A stretch of DNA of 64,000 nucleotides from an uncultured Gammaproteobacteria bacterium (GTDB lineage Bacteria; Patescibacteriota; Patescibacteriia; Magasanikbacterales; GWA2-37-8): assembly GCA_964536615.1 (NCBI GenBank), contig CAZHYG010000001.1, positions 6,200-70,199 of the forward strand, in the 5' to 3' direction. Numbering within the stretch: the stretch's first letter is position 1; each line of letters opens with the position of its first letter. Both the position numbers and the translations under genes were made by a program. Below the pieces are notes generated by a model, which was not told the DNA's origin, did no database searches, and saw only the letters and a list, made by a program, of their open reading frames with translations. Positions 30,120-39,571 of this stretch are shown here, piece by piece.

Positions 30120-30327
30120 TTCGCACAAGGAGAAGCACCGAGGTTGAGGTTGTATATGGCAAGCGCTTCTCCTGTCTCGCAATATTATTATCAAAAATTG
30201 GTAATAATATCTGAGATAAAAAAACAGACAAACCAATCTATAATTGTTCATCAAACTTGGTGAATAACCATAGACAGATTTATCTGCCTAACAAAATTAC
30301 CATCCGATTACCCGAATAAATAATTTA

Positions 30328-31845
30328 TTACTTATTTAGGTGACTCTCCCGGATGGTTTTTTGTTGTGAAATCCAATATCCCCATATTGCCCATAACCAC
30401 CAGATTACTGGTGTGTGGCGCAGCATGTTATCGGAAACGCTTAGGGTAAGATAGATAAAAATACTGGCAATAAAAATAATATTAAGCCAGTTATTTTTTA
30501 AACCAAATATAATTTGTTGATAGAGTAGAGTAATAAAAATAAAAACAAACAATACCAAACCAACAACCCCTGATTCAAAAGCAACTTTAATGTAGTCGTT
30601 GTGAGCTTCGGAAGTGTTATCCCATAGATTTTCAACATCTTTATTATCGTCCCAAACGCGAGAAAATGTTCCGTATCCATAACCAACTATCCAATGTTCT
30701 TTAAATAACGGTATGATTTTTGCCGCCAAATTGGTGCGCCAGCGAATGGAATCGGCATCTTGGTTGCGACTGGTAAGACGAGCAATGAGTGTATTTGCTT
30801 GCAAGTTTACATTAAAATTATTTATTAGATATCTATTTGCTGGATAAAACAGACCATAAAACAGCACAATTGCCGCGCACGTATAAAACAATAGTTTTCT
30901 GTAGTACATTGCACCAACAAAACAGCCAAGTATAACTGTTCCAATCCAAGCAATCCGTGTGTACGTAAGGGCAATTATGCAAATCAGGGTAAAAATAATG
31001 AGTTTTATTTCCGGTTCTTGTTTTAAATCAAAAAAGTCCATTTTTTTAAATCCATGTATGCTGATTCTTGAAATCAGTTCGGATACTGCCAGCAATAATA
31101 GCGTAAGCGCAAAAGTTGCTAAGACGTTGGGGTGGGCAAAGGTGCCGTAGATGCGGTTTGCCACATCGTCAATATCCACACCTGTTTTGGTTATAAATTG
31201 GTATGCGCCAACGGCAAAAGGAATAATGGCTGCGCCAATAGCGCTGGCAAGAAAATATTTTTTAAATGCCAGTGGGTTTTTTTGGGACATGACATATGTA
31301 ATGGCAAGCAAACCGAATAAATTGCTTAGTTTAAGTGTTTCAATTATAGTTGCGGACATTGAATATGTATAGAATACCGAGATGCCGCACCAGAGAATAA
31401 ATGCTGCCCAGATGCTGGCTAGCGGCAATTTTTTTGCATACTGGTAATTTTGCGCGATAAATAAAATTGTCCATACTAGTAGAAATACCGATAGCGCCGC
31501 GTTAATATTAAAATTAAAAAATCGGATAGAAAATAAGTTGTAATCTCGCCAATAATCCATGGCCGGACGCAGCGCTAACAGAATTAAAATAAAATATTCT
31601 CCTAGTATTTTTTGTAAAATAATAAAACCGGCCATCAAAAATGCCAGAGTATCAAGGTTGGTAAAAGGATTGATTAAAATAAACAACAATAAAAATATGA
31701 CAAGTATCGCGCTGTAAGAAAAGTTTTTTATATGCATCATATATAGATAATCTTTTCTTGAGTATAGCATAATAATATGATAAACTAAAGATATTAAAGA
31801 GATATGCCTGTGCAGAGAAAAAAACATAAAAAAGCCGCACGACAT
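30328..31845 (-). CDS. O-antigen ligase family membrane protein (start likely ~31740)
   Basis: RIYGTFAHPN, LTYTRIAW, GYGYGTF, AHNDY...ESGVVG. Confidence 0.88.
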   Translation of the reverse strand: MSCGFFMFFSLHRHISLISLVYHIIMLYSRKDYLYMMHIKNFSYSAILVIFLLLFILINPFTNLDTLAFLMAGFIILQKILGEYFILILLALRPAMDYWRDYNLFSIRFFNFNINAALSVFLLVWTILFIAQNYQYAKKLPLASIWAAFILWCGISVFYTYSMSATIIETLKLSNLFGLLAITYVMSQKNPLAFKKYFLASAIGAAIIPFAVGAYQFITKTGVDIDDVANRIYGTFAHPNVLATFALTLLLLAVSELISRISIHGFKKMDFFDLKQEPEIKLIIFTLICIIALTYTRIAWIGTVILGCFVGAMYYRKLLFYTCAAIVLFYGLFYPANRYLINNFNVNLQANTLIARLTSRNQDADSIRWRTNLAAKIIPLFKEHWIVGYGYGTFSRVWDDNKDVENLWDNTSEAHNDYIKVAFESGVVGLVLFVFIFITLLYQQIIFGLKNNWLNIIFIASIFIYLTLSVSDNMLRHTPVIWWLWAIWGYWISQQKTIRESHLNK

Positions 31846-33852
31846 ACGCGGCGGTATATAGTTACCGCTGCTTTTATGTTAGTGCTGGGCGGGTACATAG
31901 CTCTGCTATTTCCACATTTTTCTTCAGCTATCCGAACTTCGCCGCGGCGCGCCAATTATTTTTTATGGTGGGATATTCCCAGCTCAAAAATTGCTGAGTT
32001 GGCGAGATACGATCTGCTAGTGCTTGATATGGAAACACAGGTTACCAGTCCTGCCGCCCTTAAAAAAATAAAAGAGCTTAACCCAGATATTATTCTGTTG
32101 GCATATATAACGCCGCAAGAAATCAAATCAGATGCAGCTTCAGGGTCAAGTGTTATGCGCCGTAAATTGGCCGCCGGCATTGATCAGCAATGGTATATAA
32201 CAGACTTAGCTCAGCAAAAAAAATCTTTTTGGCCGGGCACCTGGATGCTAAATGTGGCGGACAATGCGCCGCAAATAAACGGAGTTAGATTTAACCAATA
32301 TTTAGCTCAATTTGTAAGCAAAGAAATTTTAGCCACCGGTATGTGGAGCGGCGTATTTTACGATAATGCCTGGCGAGAAGTGCAGTGGGTTATTGGTCCT
32401 GATGCCGATCTTGATAAAGATGGACAAAAAGATAGTGATATTGATGCGCATTGGCAAGAGGGTATGCGCGCGCTGTTTCGCGAAACACGTCGTTTAGCAG
32501 GTAATCCGTACTATATTGTCGGAAATGCGCCAAATGACGCGTATAAAAATGACTTAAATGGTATTATGCTGGAAAGTTTTCCCGCTTCTGGCTGGAAAGA
32601 AACTATGCGTATTTATGCTTCCACAGCCCAGGGTGGTCCGTTGCCTCGATTTATGATTATAAATGCTAATAACGGCAACAAAGGAACTCAGGCTAGCAAT
32701 TTAAAAAAATTTCGTTTTGGTTTGGCTAGCACGCTCATGGTGGATGGATATTACTCGTTTGATTATGGCGACCAAAATCATGGCCAGACTTGGTGGTATG
32801 ATGAATACGATGTTGAGCTTGGTAAAGCTATTTCGCCACCGCTTTCTTTAAACAATAAAGCGCAGTTTGAAGAAGATGTCTGGAGAAGAGAGTATGAAAA
32901 TGGTATCGCCATTGTTAATCCTACCGGACAAGCCCAGGATATTGATTTGGGCGGTGAGTATGAAAAATTAAGCGGCGTTCAAGATAAAACCGCTAATAAT
33001 GGCGCTATAGTCAGCCAGGTAAACTTACCATCTAAAGACGGGCTTATCATGTTGCGCACATTTCAAACTTTAAAAAATTTAGTTTTTGGCAATGGTAATT
33101 TTGTACGATTTTTCAACGCAGCAGGAAATCGCGCCCGCAACGGTTTGTTTATTTACGAAGATGATATTGCCGGCGGCGCGAGCATTTATTATGGCGATTT
33201 GGATGCCGATGGTTTGGAAGAAAAAATTGTTGCTAACGGTCCAAAATTGCAGATATTTAATAATGTCGGACAGATTTGGTTTGAAGGATTTCCGTTTGGA
33301 AATTATAAAGGTGAACTACGAATTGCAATTGGAACACTGGCTGGATCAAAAACAAAATCTATTGTTGTAACGCAGGCCAGTGGTGGGCAGGCGGTGATTT
33401 ATAATTATCACGGCGGTGTAATAAAAGAAAATATTTTTCCGTTGGGTAAAAATTACAAAGGCGGGTTATCTGTAGCGGTGTTGGAAGATAGAAATACAAA
33501 CCCCGATAAAAATGGCCAGATTGTGGTAGGAAAAGCAGGTGGCAGTCGGCCGGAAGTTATTATATATAACAATACATTTTCAAAAATTAACAAACGGTTC
33601 TTTATTGATACAACAAAATTAAAAGGGGAGCTTAGCGTAACAGCAAGTGATCTAAACGGAGATAAGACGAAAGAAATAATTGTCGCCTATGACTACGGGC
33701 GATTCAAACAAGTTAAAATTTATCAGCCTTCAGGCAAGCTTATTTCTCAATTTAAAACTTCTATTAGTTTCGCCAATGGACATGTGTCGGTTGGAGCGGT
33801 AGATGTAGATTTTGACGGCAAAGATGAGATAGTACTGATGAATAAACAGTAG
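31804..33852 (+). CDS. Putative glycoside hydrolase (TIM barrel) with FG-GAP repeats
   Basis: N-terminal TM, GVFYDN, NGIMLE, WYDEY, VWRREYENG; C-terminal GDLDADG, DLNGD, DVDFDGKDEI repeats. Confidence 0.75.
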   Translation: MPVQRKKHKKAARHTRRYIVTAAFMLVLGGYIALLFPHFSSAIRTSPRRANYFLWWDIPSSKIAELARYDLLVLDMETQVTSPAALKKIKELNPDIILLAYITPQEIKSDAASGSSVMRRKLAAGIDQQWYITDLAQQKKSFWPGTWMLNVADNAPQINGVRFNQYLAQFVSKEILATGMWSGVFYDNAWREVQWVIGPDADLDKDGQKDSDIDAHWQEGMRALFRETRRLAGNPYYIVGNAPNDAYKNDLNGIMLESFPASGWKETMRIYASTAQGGPLPRFMIINANNGNKGTQASNLKKFRFGLASTLMVDGYYSFDYGDQNHGQTWWYDEYDVELGKAISPPLSLNNKAQFEEDVWRREYENGIAIVNPTGQAQDIDLGGEYEKLSGVQDKTANNGAIVSQVNLPSKDGLIMLRTFQTLKNLVFGNGNFVRFFNAAGNRARNGLFIYEDDIAGGASIYYGDLDADGLEEKIVANGPKLQIFNNVGQIWFEGFPFGNYKGELRIAIGTLAGSKTKSIVVTQASGGQAVIYNYHGGVIKENIFPLGKNYKGGLSVAVLEDRNTNPDKNGQIVVGKAGGSRPEVIIYNNTFSKINKRFFIDTTKLKGELSVTASDLNGDKTKEIIVAYDYGRFKQVKIYQPSGKLISQFKTSISFANGHVSVGAVDVDFDGKDEIVLMNKQ

Positions 33853-33853
33853 T

Positions 33854-34747
33854 TTACGGTCCGGTAATTAAGCACGCAACTGATCCGGCTGGCTTCCAAT
33901 TATTTTTTAGCGCAACCATCAGTCCAGCTACGGACAGAGCGCTGTTAGGAGAAAGCGCGAGCGGTTTTTCTTGGTCTGTAATTTTTTCTTCCGTAATAAT
34001 TTTTTGTATTTGTAAAATATCTTCGTCCGTTGCTATCCAGCCTGACCCGTGGCTGTCGTGTAAAGTTTGCATGATGTAATTTTTACGATTACCAACCATA
34101 TCCACAATAGCATGCGCCATTGATTGGCCGGTTTGTTTGGAATCAATAAAAGGATGGCATGCTGGAGTTTGAACAATATGAATCTCCGGATTAATGCCTA
34201 TTTTTTTAAACCCTTCAAATAATCCTTGAGCAGTTGTGCCGCTGGAAGTGGGAATAAAAACCGCGCTTAAATTTGGTATGGCAGAAAGCTCTTTAGCCAA
34301 AGTGTGATATCCGATTAAGGCCAGGTCATCGGTTGATTGGCGTAAGTTTTTTGAAAGGCCTTGTTTATCCAATAAAAACGCGCTTTGTTTTGGGTTATCT
34401 GTTTGCGCAATATGAATGTGAGAATTTTGTTGTGTTAAGGCAAATAGCGTTGTAAGTTTTTCTCGAGCAATATGCTTGCCAATAAAAATTTGCAGGCTAA
34501 TAGGTTTAGCTGGGTTTTGCGTGTTATAATTTTTAATGTAAGTAGCGGCGGCAATAGCAGAGTTTCCAGAAGATGAAATACAAAAATCGCGTACCCCTTG
34601 TTCGTAGTATGCACCAATCATAAGCGGAATTGAACGGCCTTTGTGCGAATGGTAATCAGGCATCACATCCTCTCGTTTAAGATAAAGATCTTGTGATAAG
34701 CCCAAGGCGGCAGCTAATTTTGGTGAAGTAGATTGAGGGGTAAGCAT
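33854..34747 (-). CDS. PLP-dependent fold-type II enzyme (threonine/cysteine synthase-like)
   Basis: LYLKRED..HSHKGR (PLP Lys), SSSGN, PTSSGTT, ends LITG. Confidence 0.85.
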   Translation of the reverse strand: MLTPQSTSPKLAAALGLSQDLYLKREDVMPDYHSHKGRSIPLMIGAYYEQGVRDFCISSSGNSAIAAATYIKNYNTQNPAKPISLQIFIGKHIAREKLTTLFALTQQNSHIHIAQTDNPKQSAFLLDKQGLSKNLRQSTDDLALIGYHTLAKELSAIPNLSAVFIPTSSGTTAQGLFEGFKKIGINPEIHIVQTPACHPFIDSKQTGQSMAHAIVDMVGNRKNYIMQTLHDSHGSGWIATDEDILQIQKIITEEKITDQEKPLALSPNSALSVAGLMVALKNNWKPAGSVACLITGP

Positions 34748-34824
34748 ATATAGTTTATGTAGCTTGTTTTTATAGTCGTTTTATACTATAATCTATCTAT
34801 TCTTAAATTTATATTATTTCTATT

Positions 34825-34989
34825 ATGAAACTTACATGCCCAGAATGTCAAAACGAGGTTGATCTTTCTTCGTATATAAATCTTGAGGTCGGTAATGTTA
34901 TTGAATGTAATGTCTGTGGTATTACTCTGATGGTGCAATCTATAGAAAACGAAATTGTCAGTGCCGAGGTGGTGGACGAAGGCAAATAG
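34825..34989 (+). CDS. LysW-like Zn-ribbon small acidic protein (54 aa, not in ORF track)
   Basis: Translated by hand: MKLTCPECQNEVDLSSYINLEVGNVIECNVCGITLMVQSIENEIVSAEVVDEGK. Confidence 0.8.
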   Translation: MKLTCPECQNEVDLSSYINLEVGNVIECNVCGITLMVQSIENEIVSAEVVDEGK

Positions 34990-36399
34990 CTATTGCTCCT
35001 GATAACGGCGAACCAATTCATCTATCATCCCTCTAAAACCATGTGAACCCAAGAAGACGATAACGTCTTCTTTTTTTGCATCTTGCATAATACGATTGAT
35101 AAGATCTGTATCCTTTTCTATATACAGTACTTGCGAGTGGTCTTTAGATATAACCTGTGAAAGAGCGGTGCCGTCAAAGGGAGGGTTTTCGTTTTTTTCG
35201 TCTACCTTTAATTTTGTAAGAGTTGGAATTAAAACAGTGTCTGCATCCGTAAATGCCTGAGCGTATCCCGGAATTGATTGCTGGGTTCGGTTGCCTGTAT
35301 TTGGTTCAAAGATAGCAAAAATATGCTGGTTTGGATAAATGGCGCGCAATGTTTTTAGGGTGGCGGCAGCTTTGGTGGGTGAGTGAGCCAGGTCGTCAAA
35401 GATAGTAACAAATCCTTCGTATCGTTTTTCCAAGCGTCGTTTAACTCCTGCAAATCGTGATATGGACGCAATAACTTGATCTGGATCAATGCCGATTTCT
35501 ACAGCCAAGGCAAAAGCGCCGCAAATATTTTCCGCCATATGAGCGCCTAGTATTGGCGCTGATACCATATATGCTTTGCTGTCGTGAGAAATAGTAAACT
35601 GTAACCCGGCGCGTGTTTGGTTAACATTGTTATATATATAATCGGCCTTACTATTTTTTCCATAAGTAATAACGTGAGCTTGTGCTTGCGAAGCTGCCTG
35701 TGAAACGGCTTCAGAATCTGAGCAAGCCACAATTATTCCGGTTTGCGGTATGTTTTTAACAAGCTCATTAAAGACATTAATATATAAATCTTCGGTAGGG
35801 TATAAATCCGCATGATCCCAAGAGATTGAGGTTAGCAGCAAGTGAGTAGGGCGGTACAGAGCAAACTTTGGACGATTATCCCAGCGGGCAATTTTATACT
35901 CGTCGCCTTCAAGAACGCTCCAGGCGGTATCGGTTTCCTTCAAGCGAGCACTAGTTGAAATATTGGCGCTCAGGCCTCCAAACATATAACTTGGTGCCAT
36001 CTGTGCCTCTTGTAAAATATGTGTAAGCAGTACCGATGAAGAAGTTTTACCATATGTGCCTGCGCACACAATAGAATTTTCTGCTACAATTTTTTCGGCT
36101 ACTACTTCTGGATACGATGCGTACGTAATATTATTTTGTTGGACAAATACATATTCTGGATTGGTTGATCCGGCTACATTTCCCACTACAACCAAATCCG
36201 GTATGCCGCCCGCAATCATTTTGTCTACATGCCAGCCTGGATAGAAATCAACGTTATTTTTTTGTAAATATGTAGAAATTGGCGGAAAAAAACCCACATC
36301 ACTGCCGGTAACATGCCAACCCGCATTTTTAAACGCCGCAGCCAAAGCGCTCATAGCCACGCCGCAAATGCCGATAAAGTGTATTCGTTTCGCTTCCAT
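34990..36399 (-). CDS. Mur ligase, MurC/Mpl-like
   Basis: IHFIGICGVAMS..GSD, GTYGKTS, EGDEY, DHADLY, GVKRRLE, DDLAHSP, FEP. Confidence 0.9.
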   Translation of the reverse strand: MEAKRIHFIGICGVAMSALAAAFKNAGWHVTGSDVGFFPPISTYLQKNNVDFYPGWHVDKMIAGGIPDLVVVGNVAGSTNPEYVFVQQNNITYASYPEVVAEKIVAENSIVCAGTYGKTSSSVLLTHILQEAQMAPSYMFGGLSANISTSARLKETDTAWSVLEGDEYKIARWDNRPKFALYRPTHLLLTSISWDHADLYPTEDLYINVFNELVKNIPQTGIIVACSDSEAVSQAASQAQAHVITYGKNSKADYIYNNVNQTRAGLQFTISHDSKAYMVSAPILGAHMAENICGAFALAVEIGIDPDQVIASISRFAGVKRRLEKRYEGFVTIFDDLAHSPTKAAATLKTLRAIYPNQHIFAIFEPNTGNRTQQSIPGYAQAFTDADTVLIPTLTKLKVDEKNENPPFDGTALSQVISKDHSQVLYIEKDTDLINRIMQDAKKEDVIVFLGSHGFRGMIDELVRRYQEQ

Positions 36400-36407
36400 A
36401 AGATAAT

Positions 36408-37022
36408 TTATTTTGATAAAAATCCTGATTTTTGCAACTGCTTATTATGTAATTTTGTAAGCAGAGCCAGCGCCAGAATTGCTCCAGTCAGACAAAGCGC
36501 CATATCGGATTGGGTGTCCCAGATATAACCCTGTGTTCCCAAAAAAGCATCTCCTGCCGAACCGACGGCTATTGCTACCAGCCATTCAATTATTTCGTAT
36601 AAAGCGGTAATAAGTCCGGCAATAGATATTATAATGAAGTTAAGCCATTTTCCTGGCTTGAGCGGGGAAGTGCGCAATAAAATTTCACGAGCTACAATTG
36701 CAGGTATAAAACCTTGAGCCAGATGACCTATTTTATCGTAGTTGTTTCGTTCAAATATGCCGATGTCGCGCAACCAATTAAACAATGGCACTTCCGCATA
36801 TGTGGAGTGGCCTCCGACCATTAAGATTGCCGCATGAATTGCAATAAGAGTATATGTTAAATTGGTGAAACGAAATTTTTTATTGGTGATCGCCAAGAAA
36901 ATAAAACCCATTATGGCAGGCGCTACTTCTAAAAACCAGGTAAAATAATCATGGGGATTGATGGCTGACCATGTAAAAACTACAAGTACTAGCACAAGCA
37001 ATATTTTTTGATATGTTGACAT
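36408..37022 (-). CDS. DUF2238 (YjdF-like) membrane protein
   Basis: TW.LE, GGH.TYAEVP, RNNYDKIGH, YEIIEW, FLGTQG.IWDTQSDM. Confidence 0.9.
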   Translation of the reverse strand: MSTYQKILLVLVLVVFTWSAINPHDYFTWFLEVAPAIMGFIFLAITNKKFRFTNLTYTLIAIHAAILMVGGHSTYAEVPLFNWLRDIGIFERNNYDKIGHLAQGFIPAIVAREILLRTSPLKPGKWLNFIIISIAGLITALYEIIEWLVAIAVGSAGDAFLGTQGYIWDTQSDMALCLTGAILALALLTKLHNKQLQKSGFLSK

Positions 37023-37027
37023 AAAAA

Positions 37028-37684
37028 TTAAGAAAGGTTATTCAGAATTTGTTTTAATTTTTCCGTATCCTTAGTCCAGGTTGCGCCATCAAACCATTCT
37101 AGGCCGGAAAACTGCAGTTTGTATGTGTCGGTGGGGCGTTGAGCAGAGCCAAGATATACGTATTGTTTGCCTTGTTCTTGCGCCCAAACAATTGCCCGAA
37201 GCATCATGCCCATGCCAGTATTAGTTGGTGCAGTTTGCAAATTATAAAACGGATAGCAATAATGAAAAATATGTTGAGTTTCCAAAGCAATGCAATAGCC
37301 AAGCTGTTCGTTATTTTGTGTGTATATAAACAGGCGGTTAAAATTACTTTGGGTAGAATCGGTGATAAGCTCTTTTATTTTTTGGGCGCTAAAAGTTTTT
37401 TCACCAAATTTTTGTTCGTAAAAATCTTTTCCCAGTTTATGAATTTGCCAGCTGTAGTTTGCGTAGGGGATAGGCGAGACGGTTAATTGTAAATCTTCTG
37501 TTTTTTTTAAGATTCTTTTATTTTCGGAAGAGAGAGCGAAAGTTTTTAAATCCAAACGGAGGCTGCGTGTTTGGTTCAGGTCGCCATAGCCTGTACGCGT
37601 AAAAACATAACCTTCGTTATACAAGGTTTCGATATTTTTTTCAGAAAAATCCGTTATAGTTTGTTTATTCCAAGATAAATACAT
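37028..37684 (-). CDS. Aminoacyl-tRNA transferase of Ate1/Bpt-like GNAT fold
   Basis: RSLR, YPFY...G.GMMLRAI.WA...GKQYVYLG, YKLQF.GLE. Confidence 0.75.
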   Translation of the reverse strand: MYLSWNKQTITDFSEKNIETLYNEGYVFTRTGYGDLNQTRSLRLDLKTFALSSENKRILKKTEDLQLTVSPIPYANYSWQIHKLGKDFYEQKFGEKTFSAQKIKELITDSTQSNFNRLFIYTQNNEQLGYCIALETQHIFHYCYPFYNLQTAPTNTGMGMMLRAIVWAQEQGKQYVYLGSAQRPTDTYKLQFSGLEWFDGATWTKDTEKLKQILNNLS

Positions 37685-37685
37685 A

Positions 37686-38801
37686 TTATTTATGCAAACT
37701 CATCCAAACCGCCGCGATGACAAAAAAACCATGAATAAGCCAGAAACGCATCACAATTTTTTCTTCGCCCCAGCCTTTAAATTCAAAATGATGATGCAGC
37801 GGTGCCATTTTGAAAAAACGCTTGCCGATTAGTCGGCGGAAAAATACTTGTATAATTACGGAAAATATTTCTATGTAGAAAATAAAGCCTAAGAAAGGTA
37901 TAAGTAAAATACGGTTTATCGCAATGGCGTTTATGGCCAGAAGCGCTCCCAGCCCAAGCGAACCCACGTCGCCCATCTGAAAACGCGCCGGTTTAATATT
38001 AAAATATGTATAAGCGATTAAAGCGCCGACTGTAGTGGCATTTAAATATGTAAACGAAATGCGCCCTTCGGTCCAGCTTATAATAGTAAGCCCTAAAAAA
38101 GTGAGGATAAGCGATCCGCCCACTAAACCGTCAAGGCCGTCGGCAAAATTTACGGCATTAGCGGTAAACATTACAAAAAATATTACCAGAGGGATAATCC
38201 ACCAGCCAATGTATGGCGTGCCATCAAAGGGAATCCAAACCGAATGCCAGGCAATGCCGAGTTTGTAATAGATCCACCAGGCGGTAACTGCTCCGGCGAT
38301 AAATTGAAATAATAATTTTTCATGCACATGAATGCCGCGGCCCGGGTGCGAACCAAAAATTGAAACAGATCGATGAAATATTTCCCATGGCAAAATTAAG
38401 GCGTACCATAATTTCATGTGCCACTTTTTATGCACGCGAATTAAATGGACAATATGGCTAATTTTTCGATCGCGTCTTTTCTTGCCAAAAATATTAAGCA
38501 GGTCATCGGCTGCGCCAAGCAGTGCGGCAATACTCATTACGCCAATTGGAACATAGGTGTTTTCGCGGTTCCAGTTCCAAATCATGGTAACCACGGTGAC
38601 GGTTATAATAACAAGTAATCCGCCCATGATAGGGGTGCCAACTTTTTGCTGGCGATCGCCGCGCAAGGTGAAATCAAATTCGTTGCGGCGGGTAATGTTG
38701 TATGAGTATAAAAATTTTGTCAGAAGCGGCGCCCAAATAAACGCGCCAATGGCTGCAAAAATAATATAGAATAAAGCGTTTTGAATGACTGTTATTTCCA
38801 T
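37686..38801 (-). CDS. mraY: Phospho-N-acetylmuramoyl-pentapeptide transferase
   Basis: GTPIMGG, GAADD, NAVNFADGLDGL, MGDVGS, MAPLHHHFE. Confidence 0.93.
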   Translation of the reverse strand: MEITVIQNALFYIIFAAIGAFIWAPLLTKFLYSYNITRRNEFDFTLRGDRQQKVGTPIMGGLLVIITVTVVTMIWNWNRENTYVPIGVMSIAALLGAADDLLNIFGKKRRDRKISHIVHLIRVHKKWHMKLWYALILPWEIFHRSVSIFGSHPGRGIHVHEKLLFQFIAGAVTAWWIYYKLGIAWHSVWIPFDGTPYIGWWIIPLVIFFVMFTANAVNFADGLDGLVGGSLILTFLGLTIISWTEGRISFTYLNATTVGALIAYTYFNIKPARFQMGDVGSLGLGALLAINAIAINRILLIPFLGFIFYIEIFSVIIQVFFRRLIGKRFFKMAPLHHHFEFKGWGEEKIVMRFWLIHGFFVIAAVWMSLHK

Positions 38802-39571
38802 ATATGCAATCTTTTAATTTCTAAGGTGGCGGCGCCAGTTGCCTCCAGGAAAGTTTCGTTTTCTGTATTTATTTTACCGTTCTCAGTCCAAATTTGTTCG
38901 GTTAGAGGTTTGTTAATGTCGGCAATAGTGATAGTGCCGCGCGAAACACCGTGGCCATATCTGCCTTCGCTAGACCATGCTCGCGCATGCGCATACGAAA
39001 TTGTGTTATTTTCAGTGGCAGTTATAAGAAGTATATGATCTCTTTTTTTCTGAGGTCCGGTTTGGAGCATGATAATTAAATCTCCGGCAGCAATATTTTG
39101 TAAATTTACTGTGTGGCTATTTTTTTCACTTGTATATACCTTAACACTGATTTGTTCGGTGGGACGGAGCCGGCTAATAAGCCAGCGCAGCAATCTTCGT
39201 TTTGGCGCGATAAAAATAGTATGTAAAAAATTAATTGACTGCGCAGCAAAGTGCGCCTGAAAAACATTGCTAATAAATCCGGAGCAATCAATGCCTAAAT
39301 TATTATCAACGAGAAACGCCCGTATTTCATCTGAGGAAATGTCAGAATTACTGAAAATTGGCTGTTTGTATTGAATAGAAATAATTTTTGCTTCCTCAAC
39401 TATTTCTTGCGGCGTGCCTTTGCCTGCCAACACTTTGAGCTGCCCGCGATGACCTGTTTTTGCGTTATTAAAATACGGACAGCGAATGCCGGCATGATTG
39501 GGAAAAGGCAGGTTAAAATAGGCATCAATTGCCTGTTGGGCGTTTTGTGAAATTTTAGTATGTTTTAACAT
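38792..39571 (-). CDS. NlpC/P60-like cysteine hydrolase
   Basis: GIDCSGF, GDLI, catalytic-type H (DHILL), YAHA. Confidence 0.75.
   Translation of the reverse strand: MLKHTKISQNAQQAIDAYFNLPFPNHAGIRCPYFNNAKTGHRGQLKVLAGKGTPQEIVEEAKIISIQYKQPIFSNSDISSDEIRAFLVDNNLGIDCSGFISNVFQAHFAAQSINFLHTIFIAPKRRLLRWLISRLRPTEQISVKVYTSEKNSHTVNLQNIAAGDLIIMLQTGPQKKRDHILLITATENNTISYAHARAWSSEGRYGHGVSRGTITIADINKPLTEQIWTENGKINTENETFLEATGAATLEIKRLHIWK

Noticed and set aside
24221-30320. Simple contaminating or chimeric contig fragment
   Set aside because: GC-rich ORFs alternate repeatedly with AT-rich spacers and follow a native-style promoter, and the same pattern recurs at 8-12 kb and 55 kb. Disfavoured, but not excluded without reads.
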